A stretch of DNA of 64,000 bases, from contig CAWIPH010000002.1 of the NCBI GenBank assembly GCA_963837955.1, positions 2,698,966 through 2,762,965 on the forward strand. The letters run 5' to 3'. Origin of the DNA: an uncultured Verrucomicrobiae bacterium (GTDB taxonomy: Bacteria; Verrucomicrobiota; Verrucomicrobiia; Chthoniobacterales; JAFAMB01). Position 1 is the stretch's first letter. Each line of letters starts with the position of its first letter. Below are positions 34,969 to 44,264 of this stretch, piece after piece. The translations under genes and the position numbers were made by a program. The notes under the pieces were generated by a model that saw only the letters and a program-made list of their open reading frames with translations, did no database searches and had not been told where the DNA came from.

Positions 34969-37227
34969 TTATTTTTCCGACCGATGCCGCTTCGTCCCTT
35001 CGTCCGGGGTTGGTGAAGCATATTCATCCGGATGCGCCAGCGAACTCATATCGGTTCCAACCTTCGTCCTCTTTTCTTCCTTCAAGCTTGCCCGGAAAGA
35101 TTCGACGTTATTCTCGACCACCGTCGGTTGAATAAAGACCAGAAGCTCGTTTCGATTGCGAGTATGCGTTTGAAATTTGAAGAGATTGCCGACATAGGGC
35201 AACCGATCGACGATGGGAACTCCGGAGTCGCTGTGTTTGATAGTATCCTGGATTAATCCACCTAGGACGACGGTTGCACCGCTCGGTACCGTCACAGTGG
35301 TGGTCAAGCGTTGGCTATTCACGATCGGTACAGTGTTGCCGGCAATAGTCACGTTATTACCCAAGCTGTCATTGATCTGCGCGATCTTCAACGTAACCTC
35401 GCGATCGGAATTGATTAACGGTATCACCTCGAGCCGCAGTTCAACGTCTTCGTACTCGATAGTAGCTTGAATAGCGGCCGTATTGTTGTTGACAGTGTTA
35501 ACGTTTGTTAACGTAGTGCCTGGCACCGGCACTCTCTGCCCTGAAGCAATCACCGCTCGTTTGTTGTTGGCGGTATAAACGGCCGGCCTGGCCAGAATCG
35601 TGAACTTGTCTCGTTGATCAATCGCTCGAACAAAAACGCGGATTGCGTCATTGATGCTGCCGTAGATGGCTAGGCCCTGCGTACCCGGCACGAGCCCCGT
35701 GTTCAAGATTTGCCGGGGATCAATTACGACTTGGCCGTTTTGATTAAAGATACCCGCTTGAGTTCCGGTGCTGCTGAGATTGCTCGAGGCGATCCCTTGG
35801 CCCGAAGCGATCTTTTTGTAGGTCTGCGTAAAATCAACTCCGAAATCGAGCTCACTGCTCAGCTGGAGCTGACCTATGACGGTAGACAGATAGACTTGCT
35901 GCGGTCTGCGATCGAGACGGTCGAGCAAAGCGCGAACTTTCTGGACGCTTTCCGGAGGTCCAATCACGATAATCTTGTTGTCCTTGGCGTCTGAAATAAT
36001 GCGCGTTTTTCCAGCAATTAACGATTGCGGACCGAGCTGCTCATTCGGCTCCTGCAGCAAGTCTTGCCCGGCACCGACTGATCCGGCCGACGAATTTACC
36101 GAACTATAGCCACCGGTGCCCCCACCTGACTGCGTCATACCGGTCGAACTCCGTGAACTCCCGAGGTTAACGGTTCGATTCTGATTGACCTGTTGTGGCT
36201 GATTCTGATTCTGCAGCTGGTTTGTGCCGGCACCGTATTGCTGCTCTTCGTTTAGTAAGTCGGCCAGAACCGGAAGCGCCTCGCCGGCGGAGATGTATCG
36301 CAGCTTGTACTCGAGCGGCTGAGCAGCGGCTGTCGCCTGGTCAAACGCTTCTACCAACCCTCTCAGCGTAGCCATGTTCTGGGGACGGGTAACGATCAAG
36401 ATTCGGTTGGTACGCGCATCAGGAATAAGCTGCGCCTGCAAACCGGCAATTACCGTGGACACGGGGTTAGCAACGACGACATTTTGGCCCTGCTGCTGCA
36501 CCAGCTGGTTCTTCGGCTGACTGCCGCCGTCTAGCAGCTTACTCATTGTGTCACATACGCGTTCTGCATCGGCTCGAACCAATTGAACAAATTCGGTGGA
36601 GGTCGCAGCCGGAGGCAGGTCGATCAGGTCTTTTAAGGCAATCAGCTGTCGGATCACGTTCGTCGTCTCAGTGATCACCAGTGATTGTGCGCTGTTAACT
36701 GGAACAAAGGAGGTGTAGGCGCGCGGCAAAATATGCGTGTTAAAAACCGTTAACGCTTCATTGGCTGAGATATGGTTCAACGGCATGTAGTAGCTGACGA
36801 TCTCTTCGCCAATCGGCATATCTTCCGGACTAGTGAAGAGACGCACTCCCTCGCTCCGGGCGTTTTTGCCGGTGCTCAGGTTGATTATCTTCATCGTGTT
36901 CTCGCCGGGACCGGGAATCAGGGCGTAATTGTTTAGGAGTAGCGCGGCTTCAATCAAGCGAATCAACTGACTCTTCTTAACCGGCTGTGGTAGCGAAATA
37001 GTCAACGGAACAGCGTTCGCCATTAGGTTGCTGTCCTCGATCAATGTCTTACCAGTTAGTTTTTCGTACTCCTGCAACACCGCAGTAATCGGCGCATTAG
37101 ATGCTTCGTACGAAACCATTTCTTCGTCGGGACTCGGATTAGGCTGTGGCGTTGTCAGAGTGCTTTGGGCCCAAAGCAACGTCGCCTGCGAGAAGATCAA
37201 GGAAGCCAAGAGAAGGCGTGGGAGCAT
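34969..37227 (-). CDS. gspD: Secretin (type II secretion GspD / type IV pilus PilQ family)
   Basis: 752 aa, signal peptide, N-domains, C-terminal secretin core (…VTVPSGATVVLGGLIQD…VPIVDRLPYVGNLFKF). Confidence 0.87.
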   Translation of the reverse strand: MLPRLLLASLIFSQATLLWAQSTLTTPQPNPSPDEEMVSYEASNAPITAVLQEYEKLTGKTLIEDSNLMANAVPLTISLPQPVKKSQLIRLIEAALLLNNYALIPGPGENTMKIINLSTGKNARSEGVRLFTSPEDMPIGEEIVSYYMPLNHISANEALTVFNTHILPRAYTSFVPVNSAQSLVITETTNVIRQLIALKDLIDLPPAATSTEFVQLVRADAERVCDTMSKLLDGGSQPKNQLVQQQGQNVVVANPVSTVIAGLQAQLIPDARTNRILIVTRPQNMATLRGLVEAFDQATAAAQPLEYKLRYISAGEALPVLADLLNEEQQYGAGTNQLQNQNQPQQVNQNRTVNLGSSRSSTGMTQSGGGTGGYSSVNSSAGSVGAGQDLLQEPNEQLGPQSLIAGKTRIISDAKDNKIIVIGPPESVQKVRALLDRLDRRPQQVYLSTVIGQLQLSSELDFGVDFTQTYKKIASGQGIASSNLSSTGTQAGIFNQNGQVVIDPRQILNTGLVPGTQGLAIYGSINDAIRVFVRAIDQRDKFTILARPAVYTANNKRAVIASGQRVPVPGTTLTNVNTVNNNTAAIQATIEYEDVELRLEVIPLINSDREVTLKIAQINDSLGNNVTIAGNTVPIVNSQRLTTTVTVPSGATVVLGGLIQDTIKHSDSGVPIVDRLPYVGNLFKFQTHTRNRNELLVFIQPTVVENNVESFRASLKEEKRTKVGTDMSSLAHPDEYASPTPDEGTKRHRSEK

Positions 37228-37248
37228 AAAGTTAAAAATAATTGACCG

Positions 37249-38022
37249 TTATTGATCTTGGTTTATTCCAGGACCTTGGTTGACTCCGGGATTCTGCCTA
37301 GGCGGCACGGCACCAGGAGTCCCGTTAGCGACCGCTGAAGGCAAGACTCGCCGACGATGAGTCTGCTGAGCTTGCGGTGGAATGTTTGGGTTCTGATTTG
37401 CGCCAGGAACGTTCCCGTTTTGATTTACGCCCGGAATGTTAGGTTGAACCCTTCCACCCGGCACTTGATTGTTGATTTGCCGCGGAATTTGATTGTTCTG
37501 TCCGCCTTCTGGCTGGACCTGCATCGGATTGTCGGCAATTGCCGGTGCAGGTTCCTGTGGTTTGAATTTAATCGTACCCTGTTCCACACCGTTCGATATG
37601 ACGGCCTCGAAATCTCGAATCATCTGGAAATCCTTTCCGCCTTTTGCGCGGACTTCGACGATCCGAATACCTTTGTCGTTGGGAACATCCGTAATCTTTT
37701 GTACGTCGTTGGTGTCGGCATCTTGAACAAACAAGGAGTCCTTCCCTCCCTCATTTAGCCAAGAGACAACGGCCAACTTATTGAAGGCCTCAGGTTGAAT
37801 CTGAGCGGCCGGAGTGACCAGCGTAAACGGGTTTCGCTCCCAAAGCTTTCGATACCGCTCCGCTTTGAATCCGGTCGGCAGCGCATCATCCGCCCGGGCG
37901 AGCGCTACGGAAGACAAGAATACTAAACAGAATACGCACGAGCTGATCGGAAATCTGGCTGTCGCTCCACTCGCCCCGAATCGGACAACAGACCGCAGCC
38001 TTCTGGGAAAAAAATCACGCAT
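37249..38022 (-). CDS. PilP/GspC-HR-like periplasmic protein with Asn/Gln/Pro-rich C-terminal tail
   Basis: Signal anchor, 'ERNPF' motif followed by a beta-rich segment (LAVVSWLNEGGKDSLFVQD...IRIVEV), then repeats of N-Q-N/P-G. Start is ATG 38022 or 38031. Confidence 0.45.
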   Translation of the reverse strand: MRDFFPRRLRSVVRFGASGATARFPISSCVFCLVFLSSVALARADDALPTGFKAERYRKLWERNPFTLVTPAAQIQPEAFNKLAVVSWLNEGGKDSLFVQDADTNDVQKITDVPNDKGIRIVEVRAKGGKDFQMIRDFEAVISNGVEQGTIKFKPQEPAPAIADNPMQVQPEGGQNNQIPRQINNQVPGGRVQPNIPGVNQNGNVPGANQNPNIPPQAQQTHRRRVLPSAVANGTPGAVPPRQNPGVNQGPGINQDQ

Positions 38023-38581
38023 GGGGGGCATACCAACGGGCCACTTCCAGTTCCAGATTGACCTTGGGAGGCTCTGCTTCACTCTTGAGCGACAAGTTCG
38101 TGACCGCCTGAAATTTCTCGGGTTGTTGAAGCTCTGCCAGCCATTTCACGACATTCTCTAGATTACCGGACAACTTAAGTTTTACAGCGACCGACTGATA
38201 GTTGGCCGTATTCCTCGATTCTGCGAAACTTTGCTCCTGAATTACAAGCTGGTTCGCTTGCGCACTAGCGGTTACCGCCTGAAGGAGCTCGGATTGCGGG
38301 ACTTGGCCCCCATTTACTCGAGGTTGCTGCCGATCGATCCACTGCTTTCTGGTCAACCAAAACTGCTTTTCCCGGAGCCACATCTGGTTGGTCTTGGCGG
38401 TCGCCTCCATCTCCCCGAGCTGCTGATTTAGTCCGTTCTCGGTGTCCAGCAGATAACTGATACCGTAGAAATTCGCCATAACGAATAGGGCCAGCCCGAA
38501 AAGGACCAACAGACGTCTCTCGTTCTTAGTCAATTTTCGCAATTTTCGGGTCTCCTTCGATCGTGAATTCCGCGCGTCCAT
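38015..38581 (-). CDS. PilO/GspM-like bitopic assembly protein
   Basis: Basic N-terminus, single TM (LLVLFGLALFVMANFYGISYLL), coiled-coil then alpha/beta C-terminal domain. Position in cluster supports the call. Start uncertain (ATG 38581 or TTG 38533). Confidence 0.45.
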   Translation of the reverse strand: MDARNSRSKETRKLRKLTKNERRLLVLFGLALFVMANFYGISYLLDTENGLNQQLGEMEATAKTNQMWLREKQFWLTRKQWIDRQQPRVNGGQVPQSELLQAVTASAQANQLVIQEQSFAESRNTANYQSVAVKLKLSGNLENVVKWLAELQQPEKFQAVTNLSLKSEAEPPKVNLELEVARWYAPHA

Positions 38582-39752
38582 CAGGTCGCAAACTCGGGCT
38601 GTGCATCTGCCATTGGAAAAGGTTCAAGCTCGGATTCGCCTTGATGTCTTCACTAAATTTAAAAACTGCGGCCGCTGCACTGGCTTCGCCCCGAATCGAA
38701 AGCTTGCCCTTCGTTATTTCGAATGCCGTGAGGCGCAGCCCTTGGGGCGGAATGAGAGCCGCGACCTGGTGCAGGATTTCAACAGGATACAGTTGCGGAT
38801 CGACCGCCCACTCCACCTTCTTCCACTCATCTGCGGTCGCCTGGATCGCCCCGACCGTCGGAGCCTCGGTGGCTAACTGCCTGCGCAGTTGGGAGAGCTG
38901 AAATTTTTGCCAACCGATATATCCGACCAAGGCCAAGATCACCGCGGCATAAATCGCCGCAGCTGCCAATAGCAAGCGTTGAACGCGCCGGCGGCGCCGG
39001 CGGCGGGTATGCAACACCTCCACTTCGTTTGGAAGCAGCTTGGAAGGCGTGGCCGGAAAAGTAGGTGGCGGAAACGACTCTCTTGATACCCGCAGCGCTA
39101 GTCCTTTTTGCAACTGCTCGACTTCCTCGTCGGAAAAGTCACCCCAAAGCACTACACCGAGCATTGACTCAGAAAGCCGCTGACTTCCTAAGTACAAAAG
39201 CGCACAGCGAACTTCGTGAATCATCTCCGCGCCGACCTCCGTCTCACCCAAGATTTGCAAATGGATCGGATTTCTACCGCGGGTGACCGCGATAGCCAGC
39301 CGCCCCTGCTCGCGCCAGATGCACAAGCGATCTTGCGGCAGCGGAAGCACAAAGCTTGCCGGTTCAAATTGGACTGCCGATGCAAAGGCTAGTCGCGGAT
39401 CCAGTTCGGGTAGCAGAGCGGTGGCCAACGCTAGCGACTTGTCTGCTTGAGTTTCCAGAACCCGGATATCGGTTCGTTTGCCATTTCGCTGGGTTAATCC
39501 CTGCTGCTCGAGTTGCAGTTGGACGATTTCGGGAACCAGAGAGCGATCGCCCGTGGCAACCCAGGTCGCCATAGTGACGGTTTGTCGCACCGGCAAGCCC
39601 ACTATCGTCTCCCCCGGCGCATCAGCCGGCTTGGCGATTCGACGAACAAACTGGGCCCGTTTCGAATTTGAAAATGTCCAGAGCTCCCAATCTTCCGTCG
39701 CGGTGCAGCGAACGAATGAACGCTGAGAGCGGTCGCGCACACTGTCTGTCAT
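38526..39752 (-). CDS. GspL / PilM-PilN-like fusion (cytoplasmic domain + TM + periplasmic domain)
   Basis: About 270 aa cytoplasmic part, poly-Arg, TM (LLLAAAAIYAAVILALVGYIGW), C-terminal PilN/GspL-periplasmic-like domain. ATG at 39752 is preferred over 39899. Confidence 0.45.
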   Translation of the reverse strand: MTDSVRDRSQRSFVRCTATEDWELWTFSNSKRAQFVRRIAKPADAPGETIVGLPVRQTVTMATWVATGDRSLVPEIVQLQLEQQGLTQRNGKRTDIRVLETQADKSLALATALLPELDPRLAFASAVQFEPASFVLPLPQDRLCIWREQGRLAIAVTRGRNPIHLQILGETEVGAEMIHEVRCALLYLGSQRLSESMLGVVLWGDFSDEEVEQLQKGLALRVSRESFPPPTFPATPSKLLPNEVEVLHTRRRRRRRVQRLLLAAAAIYAAVILALVGYIGWQKFQLSQLRRQLATEAPTVGAIQATADEWKKVEWAVDPQLYPVEILHQVAALIPPQGLRLTAFEITKGKLSIRGEASAAAAVFKFSEDIKANPSLNLFQWQMHSPSLRPDGRAEFTIEGDPKIAKID

Positions 39753-39843
39753 AGGGCTTGTCTTTCGCTGCCAAGAACATGAGCGTTTGGCACCACTGTC
39801 AGTTGATCGATGTTGCTCCCCTTCACGTTTCCAAGCCAGCCCG

Positions 39844-40848
39844 CTATTCTTCCTGCCATACCAGATAAGCGATCGGAATAGTGTTGCGTCGGGCGACAAC
39901 TGTCAAAGTATCTGTGTACCCGTTGACCATTCCTTTGCTGACGATCCGATCCACCGTGCTGTTTATGCTCAATAAGCCTTGCACCAATTGAAATTGCTGC
40001 GGCGTCATTCCCAGTTCAGTCCGTACCTGATCCATCGTGACATAAGGCGTATCGTCTGCGGTGTACGGAATTCCGTCCGGCCCCCACCGGTGCTGGACAA
40101 AGTGTTTCGCTTGTCCTGGACTAATCCCGGTAACCAGAGCGATCGTGTCGGCTTCTGCGGCATTCACATTGATTGTTCCATCGCTCCAAACTGTGAAATA
40201 TTTCGTCCAGTCGGGTTGAGCCGCCGCCACCGGCGCAAACGTCGAAACCAGGCTCATTTCTTCTACCGACCGAAAAGGATGGATGAGCTGGACGACGGGC
40301 TGCGTAGGATTTTGGGTTTGTCCCCCGTTCTGGCCGGCCGTCGCATCCAGCTGCTGCTGTTCAAGCTCTTTCGCCTGATTACTTCCCTGCTCCGGAACTT
40401 CCTGACCGCCTGTCACCCAATCCCGGAGCCCTTGGACAGCCGCCAGAGCGGCATTGGTTTCGACGCCCCATTTTCGAAATAGACTTTCCAAGATATCGTC
40501 TCGATTGTTTTGCAACAGGAAATTGACATTCAACCGAGTCGACTCGCTGGTAATTGTCACTTGAAACTGGCCTCCATCCTTCGACTTTTGATTCAATAGT
40601 GCGTTATCCGTATTGGCGGTTTGAGGGTTTAGTCCGAAGGCCAACCCCGATTCCGCTAGTTGGCGAGCCCGAAATTGGTGATTGAAAGCTGAGTACTCAT
40701 CCACGCTCGATTTCAGAAAGGCGATGACCGACACGACCAAACTGGAGACCAAGAGAATCGTGAACAGGACAAGTAATAGCGCCGACGCGTTCTCCTCATT
40801 TCGATCCACTAAATGCCAATTCCGCCGCATATTTTCCGCGCGCTTCAT
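39844..40848 (-). CDS. gspK: GspK-like minor pseudopilin
   Basis: N-terminal hydrophobic helix lacking Glu5 (ASALLLVLFTILLVSSLVV), size and position after gspJ. ATGA overlap with the upstream gene. Confidence 0.6.
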   Translation of the reverse strand: MKRAENMRRNWHLVDRNEENASALLLVLFTILLVSSLVVSVIAFLKSSVDEYSAFNHQFRARQLAESGLAFGLNPQTANTDNALLNQKSKDGGQFQVTITSESTRLNVNFLLQNNRDDILESLFRKWGVETNAALAAVQGLRDWVTGGQEVPEQGSNQAKELEQQQLDATAGQNGGQTQNPTQPVVQLIHPFRSVEEMSLVSTFAPVAAAQPDWTKYFTVWSDGTINVNAAEADTIALVTGISPGQAKHFVQHRWGPDGIPYTADDTPYVTMDQVRTELGMTPQQFQLVQGLLSINSTVDRIVSKGMVNGYTDTLTVVARRNTIPIAYLVWQEE

Positions 40849-41597
40849 TGCTCAATCGGTGCAACTGGCCAACGAAAGATTGCTCGAGTCGGATTAGCCT
40901 GACCGCTTACCGCAAACGTGCATTCGAAGAGTGCTGGCTTAGCGCCCGGATCGGTCCAATCAGTCTTCCATTCACGTGTGCGCCCATCGAAAAACCGCCA
41001 ATTGCATTCACGCAGACCGCTGACGACGCGAACCCACTTGGCCCGCGCTGGTTCCCCGGAATTCGCGTAGCTGATAGTCGCGTCTTCCGGCTCCTGCACC
41101 ACCGCAAATGTATAGCGGCCATCCGCCTGCGGTCGGGCCGCGATCACTGTAGACCCAAACTGAGGGCCGCTCGGCGTCCAGGAAAAATGAAACGGGACCT
41201 CCAAAAAGACCAACTCCAGCGCATTTTGGAGGCGGCGCGTCTGAAACTCAGCGGTCTGCGGCATCGAATCGAAATGTTTTCGCAACAATTCGTATAAGCC
41301 GTCGGCATGCTCTTGTTCGGACTGCAAATACTGGACGTCTGTCGTAACCCGGACCGTTGTTTGGATGATCCGAAATACCAGCACAACGACTATGGACAGG
41401 ATCGCCAAGGCCAATACGACCTCCAGCAGCAAGTAGCCGGCCGCCGGTCGGCGCCTTCGGCCCGCGACCGCGACATTGCTACCGCTACTTCTGGGAGCCG
41501 GGGTCGTTCTCGGCCGGCAATCATAAATAGCCAATAGCCTATAGCAGATATTGGCTATCGGTGATTGGCTATTGCCTATCTCTTCCAGGCGGCTCAT
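40845..41597 (-). CDS. GspJ-like minor pseudopilin with ~53-aa leader
   Basis: Prepilin-type 'AAG|YLLLEVVLALAILSIVVV' motif. The only in-frame start is ATG 41597 (ATGA overlap with gspI-like). Confidence 0.55.
   Translation of the reverse strand: MSRLEEIGNSQSPIANICYRLLAIYDCRPRTTPAPRSSGSNVAVAGRRRRPAAGYLLLEVVLALAILSIVVVLVFRIIQTTVRVTTDVQYLQSEQEHADGLYELLRKHFDSMPQTAEFQTRRLQNALELVFLEVPFHFSWTPSGPQFGSTVIAARPQADGRYTFAVVQEPEDATISYANSGEPARAKWVRVVSGLRECNWRFFDGRTREWKTDWTDPGAKPALFECTFAVSGQANPTRAIFRWPVAPIEQ
41521..41580. repeat. Short-period palindromic repeat (TAGCCAAT / ATTGGCTA units) lying inside the gspJ-like leader-coding region
   Basis: tcataaatagccaatagcctatagcagatattggctatcggtgattggctattgcctatc. 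'aatagccaat' pairs with 'attggctatt'. Contains the 'ggtgattgg' unit seen in intergenic elements. Confidence 0.65.
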
Positions 41598-42022
41598 GGC
41601 TGATAAACGATTATTTCCGCCTGGCTGGACCTCGACTGCTTAGTTTCTTGCCAGGTCGCTCGCACTGTGATTCGCCAAAGATGGTCAAGCGGTTGGCCCT
41701 TCAAATTCGTTGCCTGCACCGGCACGACTTCACGCTGGTAGTGGACACGTTGATCTCCCATCGCGACCTCATTCTTTCCGGCGACCAGCTTGGTGGCAGA
41801 ACTTTCGACCAAGATGCTCTCCAGATCGTGCCGTACCTGTGAATCTTGTCGAAGCAGTCGGGCAGTGTCCGCTGCCTGCTGGAGCGCGGTTGTCAACGAA
41901 AGCCCCACTATGCAAAAAATAGAAAGCGCGAGCAGCATCTCCCAAAGTACAAACCCGCTTTGGCCGCTCTTATTCCCGGGCCGATCTCGGGCCCGCTCCA
42001 GAAAAGAAAACCAACTTTTCAT
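41594..42022 (-). CDS. GspI-like minor pseudopilin
   Basis: 'SG|FVLWEMLLALSIFCIVGL' prepilin-type N-terminus, 142 aa. Overlapping start/stop with neighbours. Confidence 0.55.
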   Translation of the reverse strand: MKSWFSFLERARDRPGNKSGQSGFVLWEMLLALSIFCIVGLSLTTALQQAADTARLLRQDSQVRHDLESILVESSATKLVAGKNEVAMGDQRVHYQREVVPVQATNLKGQPLDHLWRITVRATWQETKQSRSSQAEIIVYQP

Positions 42023-42552
42023 GGGATAAACGATTCCTCGTCTTCAATGCGAGCAGTCAGCGGGTCGATCCGAAATTTGATCCAATCCCGACCACGCTGG
42101 AACAAGAAGATCAGCGGTTCGCACAAGCCGTTTGGCAAAAAGATCCAACGAGCATCAACGCTCCCTTTGAAGTCATCTTCGTTAAGTCGTTTAATGGCGA
42201 AGGTTACATCGTTAGGTAATTGGTAGTTCTCGTCCGGCCGTTGAGGTTCCGCTTTCCGGTCAGATGGCTGCAACACAAATTCGCCGTTCAGCAGCAGCAG
42301 CTGATACGATCGGTTTTCCGCGATGGCCGATCGCCTTGCTTCTTTGGCGAAACTCTGTAGCTCGCGCACGGGTCGGCGAAGTTGCTCCTCCTGGAAGAGT
42401 CGCGCGGTTGGTGGCGCTGCCACGGCGAATAGCACCGCTACGATGAAGAGGACGAAGCAAACCTCTAACAAGGTGAATCCCGGCGCGTTCCGAGGGTGCG
42501 TGGTCATGTCGATGTTACGCGCACTACCCGCACTGCTGACGCGCCGGCTCAT
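42019..42552 (-). CDS. GspH-like minor pseudopilin
   Basis: 'APG|FTLLEVCFVLFIVAVLFAV' prepilin-type N-terminus. ATG 42507 is an alternative start. Confidence 0.55.
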   Translation of the reverse strand: MSRRVSSAGSARNIDMTTHPRNAPGFTLLEVCFVLFIVAVLFAVAAPPTARLFQEEQLRRPVRELQSFAKEARRSAIAENRSYQLLLLNGEFVLQPSDRKAEPQRPDENYQLPNDVTFAIKRLNEDDFKGSVDARWIFLPNGLCEPLIFLFQRGRDWIKFRIDPLTARIEDEESFIP

Positions 42553-42564
42553 AAGCAGAGACGC

Positions 42565-43026
42565 CTATTGAGTACGGCGAAAGATGTTACCGTCTCCCTC
42601 TTTGCGTTGAGGTCCAAGTGAATAGACATCGATGCCGGACGGATCGCGCTTTCCAGGATTGCGGTATTGATAAGGGGTATTCCAGGGGTCAACCGGCAAA
42701 CTGTCCATCAATCGAATCCAATTAGCTGGTTGGGTGCCCGTAGTTGGCGGATTCACCAACGCCTCCAATCCCTGGGCCTGATCCGGCATCTGGTTATTGC
42801 GCGCTTCGTACAGCTTTAACGCGCTATAAATATTAGCGATATCCTGCTCGGACCGTTGGATCTTAGTGACATCCAGAATGCCTGTCATCTTGATGATCAC
42901 GCCACCGGCGATCACCGCAATGATAGCCACAACCAACATGATCTCCATCAAAGTATAACCAGCACGTCGGTGCCGACGTATGCGAGCTTTTTGAGACTTC
43001 GAGCCGGCCGCGAGAGGGGATTTCAT
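42565..43026 (-). CDS. gspG: Type II secretion major pseudopilin GspG
   Basis: 'RAG|YTLMEIMLVVAIIAVIAG', 'DIANIYSALKLYEARNNQMP', 'DPWNTPYQYRNPG...DVYSLGP' are classic GspG features. Confidence 0.85.
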   Translation of the reverse strand: MKSPLAAGSKSQKARIRRHRRAGYTLMEIMLVVAIIAVIAGGVIIKMTGILDVTKIQRSEQDIANIYSALKLYEARNNQMPDQAQGLEALVNPPTTGTQPANWIRLMDSLPVDPWNTPYQYRNPGKRDPSGIDVYSLGPQRKEGDGNIFRRTQ

Positions 43027-43071
43027 ACAGCGTTACAAAGAGAAACGAAATTAATGCAAAGGCGTTTCAAG

Positions 43072-44022
43072 TCAATCAGAGGCATATTGGACCTGCAGCA
43101 AAAAGTCGCGGATAGCGATGGGGTTCCCGGCTGGACCTTCAAATTGAAATTGATTGTCGCCGATGACCAATTGCGTTGGCGGCAAGTAAAGGGCCCCTTT
43201 TCGCCAACCTACAAATTGACCGATATTTTCCGCCCCATAACCAGGATCGGTCAGGTCCGGGACCTCAAAGGATAGCGTTCCAACCACCTGTCCGTTCAGC
43301 CAGACTTTCAATGCACCGTTGAGCGGCAAACCGTTCACCATCACCTCGATTCGAGCCCGTTTCAGGTGCGTTGGGATGGTGACCGGAAACGACACTCCGT
43401 TCTCGATCCTTTCGGCTCCATCGGTGATCGAAGTGGTCAAAATCTTCCCTTCCCAGCTATCGGCGACCGGTGTCAATCGACTACCATCTACTTCCTCCGG
43501 CGCAAACATTTTGCCTCCGTTCATCACCAACGCTCCATTTGGCGCTGAGTCCACTAACCTAACAACCCCAGGTCGAACCCAATCGATCCTCACTCGAATC
43601 ACATTCAGAAATCGCGTGCTGGACTGGAGAACGATCTTTCCAGGTCCACCCATTGTCGGCCGGCTAATCAGCAACGTCCGTTGGTTCGGCAGCCCGATAT
43701 TCTCGAGTAAATTGTCGCATAGCAGCTGTCTATCTCCCTGCCCGGTTTGCCAAAAGACACTAAGATAAGCGCCGGGCTCCTCGTTAAAAACAACTGTAAG
43801 CGCTATGTCGTCATCTTCGGCCCCGGGCGTAACCGGGAAGGAAAGTTCCGCGCGATCTTTTGCCACCGCGACCGGGCGCTCACCCATCCAGGCCGGGATA
43901 TCGAGCTTCGAACTCGTTGTCGGATCGAAAACGAAGGTATCGGCCGTAGCCGGATAAGGCACGATCCACAAGCCTGCCGCGAGGGCGATCAACCAAGAGC
44001 GAAGCACCACGACGTCGTTCAT
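43072..44022 (-). CDS. Secreted hypothetical protein, first gene of the pseudopilin operon
   Basis: ATG 44022 gives signal peptide MNDVVVLRSWLIALAAGLWIVPYPATA. Beta-rich, no motif recognised. Confidence 0.5.
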   Translation of the reverse strand: MNDVVVLRSWLIALAAGLWIVPYPATADTFVFDPTTSSKLDIPAWMGERPVAVAKDRAELSFPVTPGAEDDDIALTVVFNEEPGAYLSVFWQTGQGDRQLLCDNLLENIGLPNQRTLLISRPTMGGPGKIVLQSSTRFLNVIRVRIDWVRPGVVRLVDSAPNGALVMNGGKMFAPEEVDGSRLTPVADSWEGKILTTSITDGAERIENGVSFPVTIPTHLKRARIEVMVNGLPLNGALKVWLNGQVVGTLSFEVPDLTDPGYGAENIGQFVGWRKGALYLPPTQLVIGDNQFQFEGPAGNPIAIRDFLLQVQYASD

Positions 44023-44264
44023 AGTCAACTTCCTCCGCCCAGGCAAGAAAATGGCGAGTTTGTTACAATCCAAACCATCCTCAGGGGGCTTTAGGCGCAA
44101 TGTGTGTCGGCTTAATACCGATACAGCGCCACCACAGGCTATGACCACAGAGCGGGAGAATTATTCCGGGACCTCCCAAAACGGCTATGAAATTTCTGAT
44201 ACGCTGAACCGGCGGGCGTTTGGTCATTTTGACCTCTTCGGAAGTCCGTGTTCAGGTAAGAGCG

